From: a virus | IMG/VR virus record: IMGVR_UViG_3300046616_000269 | Span: 6,617 to 70,616 of that record | Direction: 5' to 3' (one strand) | DNA length: 64,000 bases | Part shown: one piece after another, positions 1-8,929 of the stretch | How the letters are laid out: each line of letters starts with the position of its first letter | Position numbering within the stretch: the stretch's first letter is position 1 | Notes under the pieces: model-generated | What the model saw: the letters and a program-made list of their open reading frames with translations, nothing else | Database searches by the model: none | Told to the model about the DNA's origin: nothing | Translations under genes and position numbers: made by a program

Positions 1-279
1 GATGAATTGCCAGCCGTCGTCGGCTGGATGGGCGAAGGGCAGCAGCTTGCCGGGGCCGCGCTTGGCGTATATCCGTTCGGCGCCACGTTCGCGTAGCACA
101 GCACAGAGGTCGCGCCAGTGCTGGCGGGTCATGTCTGCTTTCAGCCCGCGTATCTCGCAGTTCTTGGGATCGCGCCACACCACCATGCCGCTGCCGATGT
201 AGGGCGCCCCATACTCGGCACCTGGTGGGAAGATCCGCAGCTGGCCGATGACGTCTTCGTAATGCACTAGCTTCGCCAT
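1..279 (-). CDS. hypothetical protein (partial, runs off the left end)
   Basis: ATG at 279 with a GGAG RBS; open frame MAKLVHYEDVIGQLRIFPPGAEYG... to the window edge; not in the ORF track. Confidence 0.6.
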   Translation of the reverse strand, partial: MAKLVHYEDVIGQLRIFPPGAEYGAPYIGSGMVVWRDPKNCEIRGLKADMTRQHWRDLCAVLRERGAERIYAKRGPGKLLPFAHPADDGWQFI

Positions 280-322
280 GGCGTTTGTCTCCTGAAGGGT
301 AAGGGCGTGTAGGCTCGTCGGC

Positions 323-628
323 CTACTCTGGCCGCACCTGCTTACCCTGCAGATAGTCCAGGGCTTCGGCCAGATACTGGCGAACGGGCGGGTTGATGTT
401 GGGCGGCAGGACCTTCAGCGCGCCCAGGTTGGAGTAGGCGGTCTGCGCGACGTTGGGGTCGCGGCTGTAGGCTACCTGCTCCAGGGTCGAGCGCACCCGC
501 GACACCAGGCTCTGGCTGGCCGTGTTGAACTCGCCCTGCGGCGCCTTCGGCATGGTCGTCCGGCTGGCGACAGGCTCTGGTGCCTGGGCTTCCGTGCTGA
601 CGTCTTCACCTGGTTGCTTCTTAGCCAT
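323..628 (-). CDS. hypothetical protein
   Basis: GGAGG RBS; co-oriented and tightly packed downstream of terL. Confidence 0.6.
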   Translation of the reverse strand: MAKKQPGEDVSTEAQAPEPVASRTTMPKAPQGEFNTASQSLVSRVRSTLEQVAYSRDPNVAQTAYSNLGALKVLPPNINPPVRQYLAEALDYLQGKQVRPE

Positions 629-809
629 TGCGGCCTCCGTTGGTTGGGATGATGGGCTTGGTCAGCGCCCGCAGTTCGGCTTCAGCCTTCTCTGCACGTA
701 GGCGCCAGTAGTCAGCTTCTTGCGTCAAGGACTTGGGCGTTGACCGCGGCTCCCCATAGGCGGGGTCGTAGATGCGCTGGCCGTCGATGGATCGATGCAC
801 GTCATCCAT
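621..809 (-). CDS. hypothetical protein
   Basis: Start MDDVHRS overlaps the upstream stop; short coiled-coil segment. Confidence 0.5.
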   Translation of the reverse strand: MDDVHRSIDGQRIYDPAYGEPRSTPKSLTQEADYWRLRAEKAEAELRALTKPIIPTNGGRNG

Positions 810-1041
810 GGCTAGGCTCCCGTGCTTCATCGACCAGCACGTCATGTGCCTTGCCAACCAGCTCGCGCGGGTCGCCGTCGAAGTACTTGATGACCTGCCG
901 CCATACGCCGTCCAGGGTGCGACGGTGGATGTTGACCAGCGGGCGATGCTGCACCTGCTGCTTCCATTGCTCGACTGCCCAGGCCAGCCCGTTGGCCTGG
1001 TGGGCGTCCATGGCCGGGTCTACCTTGATGCTGTCACGCAT
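802..1041 (-). CDS. hypothetical phage protein
   Basis: GGAG RBS just after the terL stop. Confidence 0.6.
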   Translation of the reverse strand: MRDSIKVDPAMDAHQANGLAWAVEQWKQQVQHRPLVNIHRRTLDGVWRQVIKYFDGDPRELVGKAHDVLVDEAREPSHG

Positions 1042-1050
1042 ATCGTTCTC

Positions 1051-2475
1051 CTAGTTGGGTTGCTCTGCTGCGCCCAGGCGTGCCCAGACTCCAATGGTGC
1101 CGCCGCGCGTGATGTAGCCATCAAGTGCATACCTGATGGCATCCCAGCAGTGGTTGTGCTTATCCACGAGCTTCGGCAGCACCAGTGGCTGGCCCTGGCT
1201 GTCCACGACCTTCGGGTCCACCTGGTAGCGCCACAGGTAGGCTTCCTTAGCCGTTTCCTTGCAGCGCGTGTGGATGACGATCTTGTCGAAGCCCCGCAGG
1301 AAGGCGATGCCATCCTTTACGCTGCCGTCCCACTTCTGGGCGGCGCTGATGTTGAAGCCATGCCTGCGCTGCTTGCTGATGGTCTCGGGTCGCGCCGAGT
1401 CGGCCTTGATGGGCCAGTTCTCGGCATCCGGCACGCTGCGATAGAAGTCAGGCATGTCATCGAGTTCGACGCCCACACCATAAGCCTCGTACTCGATGTA
1501 TAAGCGGTTCTTTTTGGCATCGGCAGGGCTGGGCAAGATGAAGCCGCGAATCAGCGTGTTAGGGTCCTGACTGAAGCCGAAGTCGGCGCCGAACAGAACC
1601 CGGTCTGCATCCTTCCAGAGGTCGTCTTCAAAATCCTCTACGATGTACTTGCCGTTCAGGACGATGGCGTTGCTGATCTTCAGCGGCATGCCAAGCCAGA
1701 TGTGCTCGTACAGATGGTAGTCGTTTTCCTTGTCCGTCTCCATCTCTTCCCGCAGGCCTGCCGGGAAGTGCGGGTTGCTGTCGTAGTTGATCTTATGGAC
1801 GATGCTGTTAGGCCTGGGGTTTACTACCAGGCGCTGATACGTGGCATCGTTCTCGTCAATCAAGTTGAAGGTCACCCAGATCTCGGCGCCATCCTTGCGG
1901 CGCACCGTAGCACTCAGTGACTGCCAGCTGCCTGCTGTCGTCGTCTGCGCTTCTTCGACCCACGTAATGTCGATGCCTTCTAGTGAGCGGATGCCCTGGT
2001 CGTTGCCGTGCAAGCCCATGAAGATGAACTCGGCGCCCACCCTGGACTTAATGCTGGTGTCAGTCACATCGAACCAGGACTGCAGGCCCAGGCGTTCAAT
2101 GGTGTCCTTCAGCATCTTGTGCGAGCTGTGCTGGATCTTGTTCTGGAACTGCCGCGTGCAGAGGATACGCAAGGCGCTCTGGCTGGCTAGTCGGATAAGC
2201 GCTTCTGCGACTCCCCACGACTTCGCGCTGCCACGACCGCCCCAGTAGACTTTGTACGGCGCCCGCTTATAGTAGAGGTCGCTGAGTACGTGGTTCCTAT
2301 CCAGTACCAGCGACGGCACTGCCAGGAACTGCGGACCCAAGCTAGTCGTCGTGGCGGATTCGGCGTTTACCAGTTGCTGGCGCTTCAGCTTCGTCCGTCT
2401 GGCCTTCTCCGCCAGTGCCAAGGCTAACGCCTGCTTCGGCGGCAGCGCCCGCAATGATTGCGTCGAGATCGGCAT
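1051..2475 (-). CDS. terL: terminase large subunit (PBSX-type)
   Basis: Walker A GGRGSAKS, Walker B TWVEEAQ, nuclease motifs GADFG, ADSARP and HCWDAIRY; GGAG RBS before ATG 2475. Confidence 0.95.
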   Translation of the reverse strand: MPISTQSLRALPPKQALALALAEKARRTKLKRQQLVNAESATTTSLGPQFLAVPSLVLDRNHVLSDLYYKRAPYKVYWGGRGSAKSWGVAEALIRLASQSALRILCTRQFQNKIQHSSHKMLKDTIERLGLQSWFDVTDTSIKSRVGAEFIFMGLHGNDQGIRSLEGIDITWVEEAQTTTAGSWQSLSATVRRKDGAEIWVTFNLIDENDATYQRLVVNPRPNSIVHKINYDSNPHFPAGLREEMETDKENDYHLYEHIWLGMPLKISNAIVLNGKYIVEDFEDDLWKDADRVLFGADFGFSQDPNTLIRGFILPSPADAKKNRLYIEYEAYGVGVELDDMPDFYRSVPDAENWPIKADSARPETISKQRRHGFNISAAQKWDGSVKDGIAFLRGFDKIVIHTRCKETAKEAYLWRYQVDPKVVDSQGQPLVLPKLVDKHNHCWDAIRYALDGYITRGGTIGVWARLGAAEQPN

Positions 2476-2752
2476 CGCTTACTCCAGAGATGATTTCCAC
2501 GGTACTAATCTTTGGCGCAAAGTAAGGTGCAGCCGCCTTGGCGGCATCCTTGCGCTGCTCTACGTCCAGGCTGACCCAGCGCTCGGTGACCTTGCCGTCC
2601 GCGTCTACCTTGAACTCTATCTGCGGCTCACCGCGTGCCATGGCAAGCAGGATCTCATGCGGCAGCATGCCGGTGGCCTGCGCCCTTTCTCTGGCTTCAT
2701 GCGCCATCTTGTTGGCCGTTCCGGGTGGCCTGCCCCTTCCGCGTTTTTCCAT
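2342..2752 (-). CDS. terS: terminase small subunit
   Basis: GRPPG..NK N-terminus and DAAKAAAPY..PK motif; directly upstream of terL and overlapping it by 134 nt. Confidence 0.75.
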   Translation of the reverse strand: MEKRGRGRPPGTANKMAHEARERAQATGMLPHEILLAMARGEPQIEFKVDADGKVTERWVSLDVEQRKDAAKAAAPYFAPKISTVEIISGVSDADLDAIIAGAAAEAGVSLGTGGEGQTDEAEAPATGKRRIRHDD

Positions 2753-2828
2753 AATTTAGTATTCCCGTGTTATCGTCTCGATGTCTTACGGTAAGGCTCT
2801 CGTGTAACTCTACCGTAAGGCCACGAAC

Positions 2829-2856
2829 AAAAGCCCAGGGGCTGCCTGGGCTTTAT
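2829..2856 (-). terminator. intrinsic terminator
   Basis: Hairpin AAAGCCCAGG-loop-CCTGGGCTTT with a T-tract on the minus strand. Confidence 0.6.
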
Positions 2857-3024
2857 CTGCATGTTGATGAATCCTGAATAGTCTCACATGATTGGCTCCC
2901 TGCAGTTAGCCACCAGCTTCTGGTCGAGGTGGCATCGCCTCCTAGTGTTGCCGGTTACTCAATCCGCCGCCGTATCGCTTTCCCCAGGTCGTGCGTATGG
3001 GCGCCTGGGTTACGGCAGCATTCC

Positions 3025-3462
3025 TTATTGCCAGCGGCTGCGCTTGGGTCCCAGCACGTTGGCTACCAGCTCGCGCTTCTGCTGGCGTTCGTCAGGTTTC
3101 CTGGCCGGCAGGTTCCAGGGCACGGTAAACGATGGCAACTGCGTCATTGCTATCTTCGGCAGTGATCTCGGCTTCGTTCCTAGTTGCAGCCTGACTTCAT
3201 CGGACGTAATGGTTACGTGGATGCCGTCTCCGAGAATCCAATGTGAGCGCTCCCAGGCTACCACCGGGGGCTGGCGGCCGTGTGCGTAGATTTCATCTTC
3301 AAGGGCTTGGTGGTCCCTGACCTTCGCCGCTTCTAGGCAGGCGTTGATGTCTGCCAGCACTTCTTCACTCGTCTTGGTCTTCCACGCAGACGAACTGGGC
3401 GATGCCTGCGCAGCTGCCCACTCGGCGTCTGTCAGGCGGTGGATGAGATCTGAACCTTCCAA
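3025..3462 (-). CDS. hypothetical protein
   Basis: ORF track; GGAG RBS; co-oriented with neighbours. Confidence 0.55.
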   Translation of the reverse strand: MEGSDLIHRLTDAEWAAAQASPSSSAWKTKTSEEVLADINACLEAAKVRDHQALEDEIYAHGRQPPVVAWERSHWILGDGIHVTITSDEVRLQLGTKPRSLPKIAMTQLPSFTVPWNLPARKPDERQQKRELVANVLGPKRSRWQ

Positions 3463-3475
3463 TTGATGCTCCTAG

Positions 3476-4048
3476 TTAGCAGCAGGCGTGGGCGGCTTTC
3501 TTCGTCACGCCTACCGTGGCGGATGCCACGACTTTCCTGCCGCTGGTCAAGGTAGCTATACCGCGGATACCGTAGATGGTGCCACGACCCCGTGCCTTGA
3601 AGCGCTGCAGGACGATTCTGCCGCCTGCATCCAGATAGAAGAGGCCGTCGACTATCTTGCCGACTGCATAGAGGCCGTCTGCCAGCAGCTGCGGAGTGAC
3701 ATCTGGATTTCCGGCGTCGACCATGACCTGGACCTGGAAGCCCGTGATGGTCTCGGTAGCCGCGATGCCGCTGAAGTCGAAAGGCACGTCGTCGATTTCC
3801 GCGATGTCAAGCGGTTCGAGTTCGTACTCACATCGGCTGGCACTGAGTTGCAGGCCAACGTCGTAATAAATGGCGCGGACTTCGCTGGGCGCCACAGAGC
3901 CCGGCTTGCCGCCACCGATGGCCGTGTAGAGGCCCAGCAGCAGCGAGCCGCCGCCCTGCCCGCTCACTGCGTACAGCTGGGGCCAGGGCGTGACTGCGGG
4001 CTGCGGCTGGATATCTGTCCACACCATGTCGTAAAGACTGAGTAGCAT
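3476..4048 (-). CDS. putative virion fibre adaptor / structural protein
   Basis: Beta-rich C-terminal domain; last gene of the fibre-like module. Confidence 0.45.
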   Translation of the reverse strand: MLLSLYDMVWTDIQPQPAVTPWPQLYAVSGQGGGSLLLGLYTAIGGGKPGSVAPSEVRAIYYDVGLQLSASRCEYELEPLDIAEIDDVPFDFSGIAATETITGFQVQVMVDAGNPDVTPQLLADGLYAVGKIVDGLFYLDAGGRIVLQRFKARGRGTIYGIRGIATLTSGRKVVASATVGVTKKAAHACC

Positions 4049-4083
4049 CGGTTCTTCCTTTTACATGATGTGGGAGCAGACTT

Positions 4084-4818
4084 CTAGAACGGCGTCTTCG
4101 CCAAGCGCTTCAAGGCGTTTGCCATGAGTCGCATATTCACGCGGCCCCCCAGGGTGCTCAGGTGAATGTGCTGGCCGGCGTTATCCGTCGTAGACCAGAG
4201 CACCAGCGGCGTGTTCGATGTCTCGAACGTAGCCGGTTCGTAATCGGGATAGTCGAAGGGTCCACCCTTATATCGAATATCCGTGTAGCCAACTGCGCCG
4301 GCATCCCTGAAGCCGTTGCGCATCAGCGCGTTGTACGCGTCGATGTTGGCGTTGCGCTGGTTGCGCTGCGCCGTATTGTCACCAGGCTGCAGCGCAGGCG
4401 TCGTCGTCATCAGAATGATGCGTAGCTCCGGATTGGCAGCGCGTCGGGCAAGGCAGTAGTCGCGGCAAGATGCCCAGACGTACTCCGCCGAGCCAGGTGC
4501 ACCGGCGACAGAGGTGTTGCTGATGCTGTTCGTTCCTTCCAGCGCGAATAGGATGTTCGTCTTGGTTGGGTCGAAGGCACTATCAACGTCTGTCGCGCTG
4601 CCGCCGTCCAGGCCATTCATCATTCGCCACGTCTGACCATTAACGCCGCGCCACGCCAGTACAACGCCCTGGTTCATGGGCACCAGATTCGCAAGGCTTC
4701 CGCCCCCGTTATCTGATGCCATGTTGACCACCAACGAGTTACCGTCGACGATGACCTTTACCGCGCTACTGTACTGCTGCACAGGCTTGGTAAGGTTGTT
4801 CCAGCGGTTCAGGTTCAT
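4084..4818 (-). CDS. SGNH/GDSL hydrolase (esterase/deacetylase)
   Basis: Blocks VIVDGNSL, RGVNG, EGTNS and HIHLS; ATGA overlap with the upstream gene puts the start at 4818. Confidence 0.8.
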   Translation of the reverse strand: MNLNRWNNLTKPVQQYSSAVKVIVDGNSLVVNMASDNGGGSLANLVPMNQGVVLAWRGVNGQTWRMMNGLDGGSATDVDSAFDPTKTNILFALEGTNSISNTSVAGAPGSAEYVWASCRDYCLARRAANPELRIILMTTTPALQPGDNTAQRNQRNANIDAYNALMRNGFRDAGAVGYTDIRYKGGPFDYPDYEPATFETSNTPLVLWSTTDNAGQHIHLSTLGGRVNMRLMANALKRLAKTPF

Positions 4819-6788
4819 AGCAGGCCGGCCCCGCGCATGTTGCTGATGCCGCAGGTGTTGGTCATCTGCAGCAAGATAAACAGCTGGGCAGTGGTTGGGC
4901 CGCTGTAGTTGTGCAAGGTCGTCCAGGTGGCGCCGCCATCCGATGAAACGCGCGCACTCAGTTGACCGGCGCCGTCGCGGAAGATGCCGTACTTGTCGCC
5001 GTTGGCGATGGCCCGGCTTGCGACCACGTTGCCGGCGATACCAACACCATTCTCCTTGATGTTGTAATTGCCGCTGCCATTCGATGCGATCGTGCACAGC
5101 GTATTGGCGAAGATATCAGGCGCATTGACGGTGTCCATGCTGATGTTGGGAATCGCCTCCCCCGTCACATAGCCGACCAGTTGGCCGTGAACCTCTGCCG
5201 CCGCCCCAGCCGGGAAGGACTTGTTAGCCGTTCCCCACTGGTCAGCGATGTAGCTGCCGCCAACGCTACCGAAGTAGGTGCGGCCCAAGGTATCGTCGCC
5301 CTGCGAAGTCACGCCGCTGGTGTTGACCAGCACCGTCACAGGGTCGCCGCCACCCAGCACGTTGTTGCTGATGTAACGCGCGCTGAAGCTCGCCACAAAG
5401 TTCCCGGCAGCATCTTGCAGGCGGCCAGTCCCAGGCTGCGTGTAGGCCAGCGTGATCTGGGCATTTGCGGCATACGGTGTGTCCACCGTAATTTCCAGGT
5501 TGCCGCCATTCAGCGCCACGCCCGTAATCGTCTTGCCAGCTGCCGTGAATGCCGAGATGGCCGGCACGCCAGTCACCAGCGGCTCGCTGAAGACCATGAT
5601 GATCTTCGACGTATTCGCTGCTGCCACCTGGGCGCCCTGCGGCGTAGGCGGCGTCGTATCGGATGCCGATACGTTGTTCGTGACGGCAAGGCTTGCAACG
5701 TTCGCCAGCAGATTCCCGGCCAGGTCCTTCAGGTTGCCGGTTCCAGGCTGCGTATATGCCAGCGTCCGCGCGGCTTCGCCATTGACGAAAGCCGGAGTCA
5801 CCGTCAGGTTGCAGGCGGTGGCGCTGGCAAAGGCGACGGCCGAGATCGTGTGCCCGGCGATTGCAAAGGCAGATGCAGCAGGAATGCTGGTCTGGTCCAT
5901 GGCTTCGCTGAACAGCAGATTGACGACTGTCGGCGATGCATCTGCAACTGTCGCACTGGTCAAGGTGGGTGGCGTTGCGTCGGCAGCAGCGATGTTGTTG
6001 GTCACGCTGGTCGAGAAGTTGGCGGTCTGGTTGCCTGCCACGTCTTGGATGACGGTGCCAGAGCCGGGCTTGGTGTAGCTGGCCGTGATGACATCACCGT
6101 TGGCGTATGGCGTATTGACCGTCAAGTTGATGACCGAGCCAGCATATGCCACGCCAGTCACGGTCTTGCCGCCACTGACAGCAAAGGCGCTTGCAGCTGG
6201 TGGGCTGCCGGCCAGCACTTCGCTCATCTGCAAGGCAATGACTGATCGCGCTGCGTTCGTGACTTGCGCCGACGAAACTGTTGGCGGTGCCGTATCTGGG
6301 GAACCAACGGCAACGGGCGCCAGAGACTGCATCCAGGCATAGTAGTACTGCAGGCCGTTGAAGCGCATGATCAGTTCATTGACGATGCCCGCGCCGCTAT
6401 TGAAGCCAGCGTTGTTGCCGTCTTGCAGGAAGCCAACATCGAACAGCGGCGTAACGACGCCGTTGCCGACAACCGTCATGGATGTCGTCGTGTTACGGCT
6501 GGCGCCGGTGGGGTTGATCGTGAACGTCAGAGGTCCGTCAAGGTACTTGATACCCATGTCCGCGTTGGCATACGTGAACGGGATGGACGTATCGAACGGG
6601 ATGACGGTGACGGCGCTGGTGTCCTGCCAGACAACGCCATCACAGCGATAGGTGGCAAAGGGCGCGGCGGCGCCGATAAGCGCGATACGGCCCGCGTAGG
6701 CCAGACCGGGCGGGTAGCTGGCAATCAGCGCCGACAGCGTGGCGAACGGGCCAAGCACGCCGGAGGAAGAAGGGTTGTAGATAGGCAT
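4815..6788 (-). CDS. SwmB-repeat (Ig-like) fibre/adhesin protein
   Basis: Three tandem ~105-aa repeats (DxxPPT..SA.V...FSE....SAF.V.G...YT.PG.G..LQD.AGN...NN) followed by a beta-sandwich C-terminus. Confidence 0.75.
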   Translation of the reverse strand: MPIYNPSSSGVLGPFATLSALIASYPPGLAYAGRIALIGAAAPFATYRCDGVVWQDTSAVTVIPFDTSIPFTYANADMGIKYLDGPLTFTINPTGASRNTTTSMTVVGNGVVTPLFDVGFLQDGNNAGFNSGAGIVNELIMRFNGLQYYYAWMQSLAPVAVGSPDTAPPTVSSAQVTNAARSVIALQMSEVLAGSPPAASAFAVSGGKTVTGVAYAGSVINLTVNTPYANGDVITASYTKPGSGTVIQDVAGNQTANFSTSVTNNIAAADATPPTLTSATVADASPTVVNLLFSEAMDQTSIPAASAFAIAGHTISAVAFASATACNLTVTPAFVNGEAARTLAYTQPGTGNLKDLAGNLLANVASLAVTNNVSASDTTPPTPQGAQVAAANTSKIIMVFSEPLVTGVPAISAFTAAGKTITGVALNGGNLEITVDTPYAANAQITLAYTQPGTGRLQDAAGNFVASFSARYISNNVLGGGDPVTVLVNTSGVTSQGDDTLGRTYFGSVGGSYIADQWGTANKSFPAGAAAEVHGQLVGYVTGEAIPNISMDTVNAPDIFANTLCTIASNGSGNYNIKENGVGIAGNVVASRAIANGDKYGIFRDGAGQLSARVSSDGGATWTTLHNYSGPTTAQLFILLQMTNTCGISNMRGAGLL

Positions 6789-6791
6789 GAC

Positions 6792-7568
6792 TTACCACTC
6801 CCGTGCCGAGAAAGCCTGACCAGCAGTTGCGCCGATGATGGATACCGCATCCGTGCCTCCGCCCCCAGCCGGGGTTTCGTAGAGGGCGCCGGGTGCAAGG
6901 CGGATGGAGGGCTGGTTCAGTGTCGCCTGGACGCCGAGCCCGTTGAAGCCCAGGTCACCCGTCGACAGATTCTGGATCGAGTAGCCGCGCCGCGTCGGGT
7001 TGGCAGCCATCAGCAGCTGTGACGTGCCGCCAGTCGTGATGGTGCCGCTGCGGTTTGCCAGCACAGAAGGCGCAGGCGCCGTTGCGAAGACGGCATCACT
7101 GGCGGGCGCCACGGACAGGCTGGCTGCCGCGGTCTTGATGCCCAGGCTGGCGGGCAGCTGGGAGATCATGGCCGTCAGGCGCTGGGCGATGCGCTGCAGG
7201 CGGCCATTCAGGCCAGACGATGCCGTATCGCTGGCGGGCGCGGTTTCCGTGACTGCGCCCAGCAGGGCACCGTTGGCAACGACGCCGTTCGCAATGGCGG
7301 CTTCCTGGGCGAGCTGCAGCAGCTGGTTGGCTGCGCTGGCATCACCAGAGCCGCCACCACCGCCACCGCCGCTGACGATGACCACTGGCAAGGCCCCACC
7401 CTGCAGCGCCGGTTGCAGGGCCAGCAGCTGGGCCAGCAATGCATCGGTTTCAGGGGACTCGGTGCGCTGACGGTAGACGCTCAAGCCGCCTACTGTCAGC
7501 ACTTCGCAATCGATCTTCTTGCCCCCGTTTTGCGAGTCATCGGGAAGAGTTTGGAAACCATCAGCCAT
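6792..7568 (-). CDS. putative virion fibre/decoration protein
   Basis: Gly-run linker, GDASAANQ and a C-terminal beta domain (RSGTITTGG...RRGYSIQN) typical of phage fibre proteins; start MADGF at 7568. Confidence 0.55.
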   Translation of the reverse strand: MADGFQTLPDDSQNGGKKIDCEVLTVGGLSVYRQRTESPETDALLAQLLALQPALQGGALPVVIVSGGGGGGGSGDASAANQLLQLAQEAAIANGVVANGALLGAVTETAPASDTASSGLNGRLQRIAQRLTAMISQLPASLGIKTAAASLSVAPASDAVFATAPAPSVLANRSGTITTGGTSQLLMAANPTRRGYSIQNLSTGDLGFNGLGVQATLNQPSIRLAPGALYETPAGGGGTDAVSIIGATAGQAFSAREW

Positions 7569-7579
7569 AGCGAGTCCTT

Positions 7580-8131
7580 TCAGTTTAAGTTGGGTTGGTC
7601 TGCTCTGCGCAGCGCGTCCCACATTCGCAGCCCGGCTAGACGTGCCAGATCGATGCACTCATGTGGTAGGAGTTTTTGTGCGTCTCGGTTGGGATGTGCG
7701 CGGCGGCGCAGATGCATGACATCGGTCGCACCTTGGCGGCCGAGCAGGATGACCCCGCTGGTGGCTGGCAGGAACTCCAGCAGCTCGGGCTTCCAGATGT
7801 CGACTGGCAGCGCGTAATAGTGTTTCCACACCCTGGGCGGCCAGTCACGGCGAACACCGCCAGGAACGGCGTTAGAACGACTCCATGGCCTGTTCTGCCA
7901 CCACTTGTCCTTCTTCAGATCCGCCTTCAGGTCGCTGCGGCTGATCTTGACCTCGACATCAATGATGCGCAGGCCCTTTTCCACAACCAGCAGGTCGCAC
8001 TCGTGGCCGGTCCAGCCGCAGCAGGGCACGGCAAGGACGGCGCGGTGGAAAAGGTCGCCGTGGACTATGGCGCGGCCGATGCGCGCTTCCGTCCACTTCT
8101 GGGGCGGCTCGATGACTCGTCTTGCAACCAT
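7580..8131 (-). CDS. PD-(D/E)XK nuclease, MmcB-like
   Basis: ECDLLVV...DVEVKISRSDLKAD..K motif. Confidence 0.65.
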   Translation of the reverse strand: MVARRVIEPPQKWTEARIGRAIVHGDLFHRAVLAVPCCGWTGHECDLLVVEKGLRIIDVEVKISRSDLKADLKKDKWWQNRPWSRSNAVPGGVRRDWPPRVWKHYYALPVDIWKPELLEFLPATSGVILLGRQGATDVMHLRRRAHPNRDAQKLLPHECIDLARLAGLRMWDALRRADQPNLN

Positions 8132-8249
8132 GCGCCACCCCGCCAAAAATAAGTTGACAGCTTCCCTGCCCTGCCGCATGAAGCAGCGTAGCAATGACCC
8201 AGTCGTTCCCGTTCAACACGTGCAGCGGCGCTAACCCGCTGCCAGGACC

Positions 8250-8520
8250 GGGAAGCCGTCGTAGGAGGACTCTATGCAAGCGGGGCAAGCCCCCTTAGTC
8301 CACCGGGGCGTCCTGCGCCTGGGGAACTCTCACAAAGCCTTCCTACCACGACTCCCAAAGAAGAAAAGCCCCGGCGCCAATCCTTAGCGTCGGGGCACTG
8401 GGCTGAATAAAGCGGGCCGTGCAATCCCCTACTTCCCCACGACCTCGGGGCCAGAAGGCCGGGAGACTTGCGTCCCTCTGGCCCTGCAAACTCCGTCCCG
8501 CCCTTCCTGGCTAAGCCCAG
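8250..8520 (-). ncRNA. candidate structured non-coding RNA(s) in the late leader
   Basis: Nested stems at 8398-8520 (including a GCAA tetraloop) and a long hairpin at 8250-8356; no credible ORF. Confidence 0.4.
8357..8396 (-). terminator. intrinsic terminator in the late leader
   Basis: GCCCCGACGC-loop-GCGCCGGGGC followed by TTTTCTTCTTT. Confidence 0.7.
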
Positions 8521-8543
8521 CGGCTCACCATGAAATCGACATG

Positions 8544-8569
8544 AAAAAACCCGCCTATTTCAGCGGGTT
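8544..8569 (-). terminator. intrinsic terminator just after the putative late promoter (tR'-like)
   Basis: AACCCGC-loop-GCGGGTT followed by a T-run. Confidence 0.7.
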
Positions 8570-8594
8570 CGTTAGCTGGCCGGGTATACCAGCA

Positions 8595-8660
8595 ATATCT
8601 AATGGATACGTAATATAGGTGAAAAATACAAATTTTTCACTTTGGCCTGAAAATAATTTT
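8595..8660 (-). promoter_or_regulatory. putative late promoter region with a 9-bp inverted repeat
   Basis: Very AT-rich patch; GTGAAAAAT-N4-ATTTTTCAC at 8619-8640; lies downstream of the Q-like gene. Confidence 0.5.
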
Positions 8661-8929
8661 TACAGGAAGGCCCATATAAGGGCGCCGCAGCCCCCAGCCA
8701 GGACTAGGCCCAGGGTCCACCACATCTGACGCTTTTCTGCCCTGGCTGCTTCCTGCAGCTGGTTCTCGACGATGTCGCGGCCGTCGATGATCTGGATAGA
8801 TAGCTGCAGGCTGCTGATGTGGGCTTCCAGGTCAGCCGGCACGGCCTTGCCCTGGGCCATGAGCCCGTGGCGTTCGGCCAGCAGGCCATTCAGCTGGGCC
8901 TTGATGCCACGCAGGTCATTGTTGGTCAT
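8660..8929 (-). CDS. small membrane protein
   Basis: Coiled coil plus a C-terminal TM helix; ATGA overlap. Confidence 0.6.
   Translation of the reverse strand: MTNNDLRGIKAQLNGLLAERHGLMAQGKAVPADLEAHISSLQLSIQIIDGRDIVENQLQEAARAEKRQMWWTLGLVLAGGCGALIWAFL

Noticed and set aside
4084-5097. 337-aa version of the SGNH ORF, or a frameshift fusion with the SwmB protein
   Set aside because: The upstream extension is off-frame overlap; an ATGA-coupled start at 4818 is simpler and no slippery site was seen
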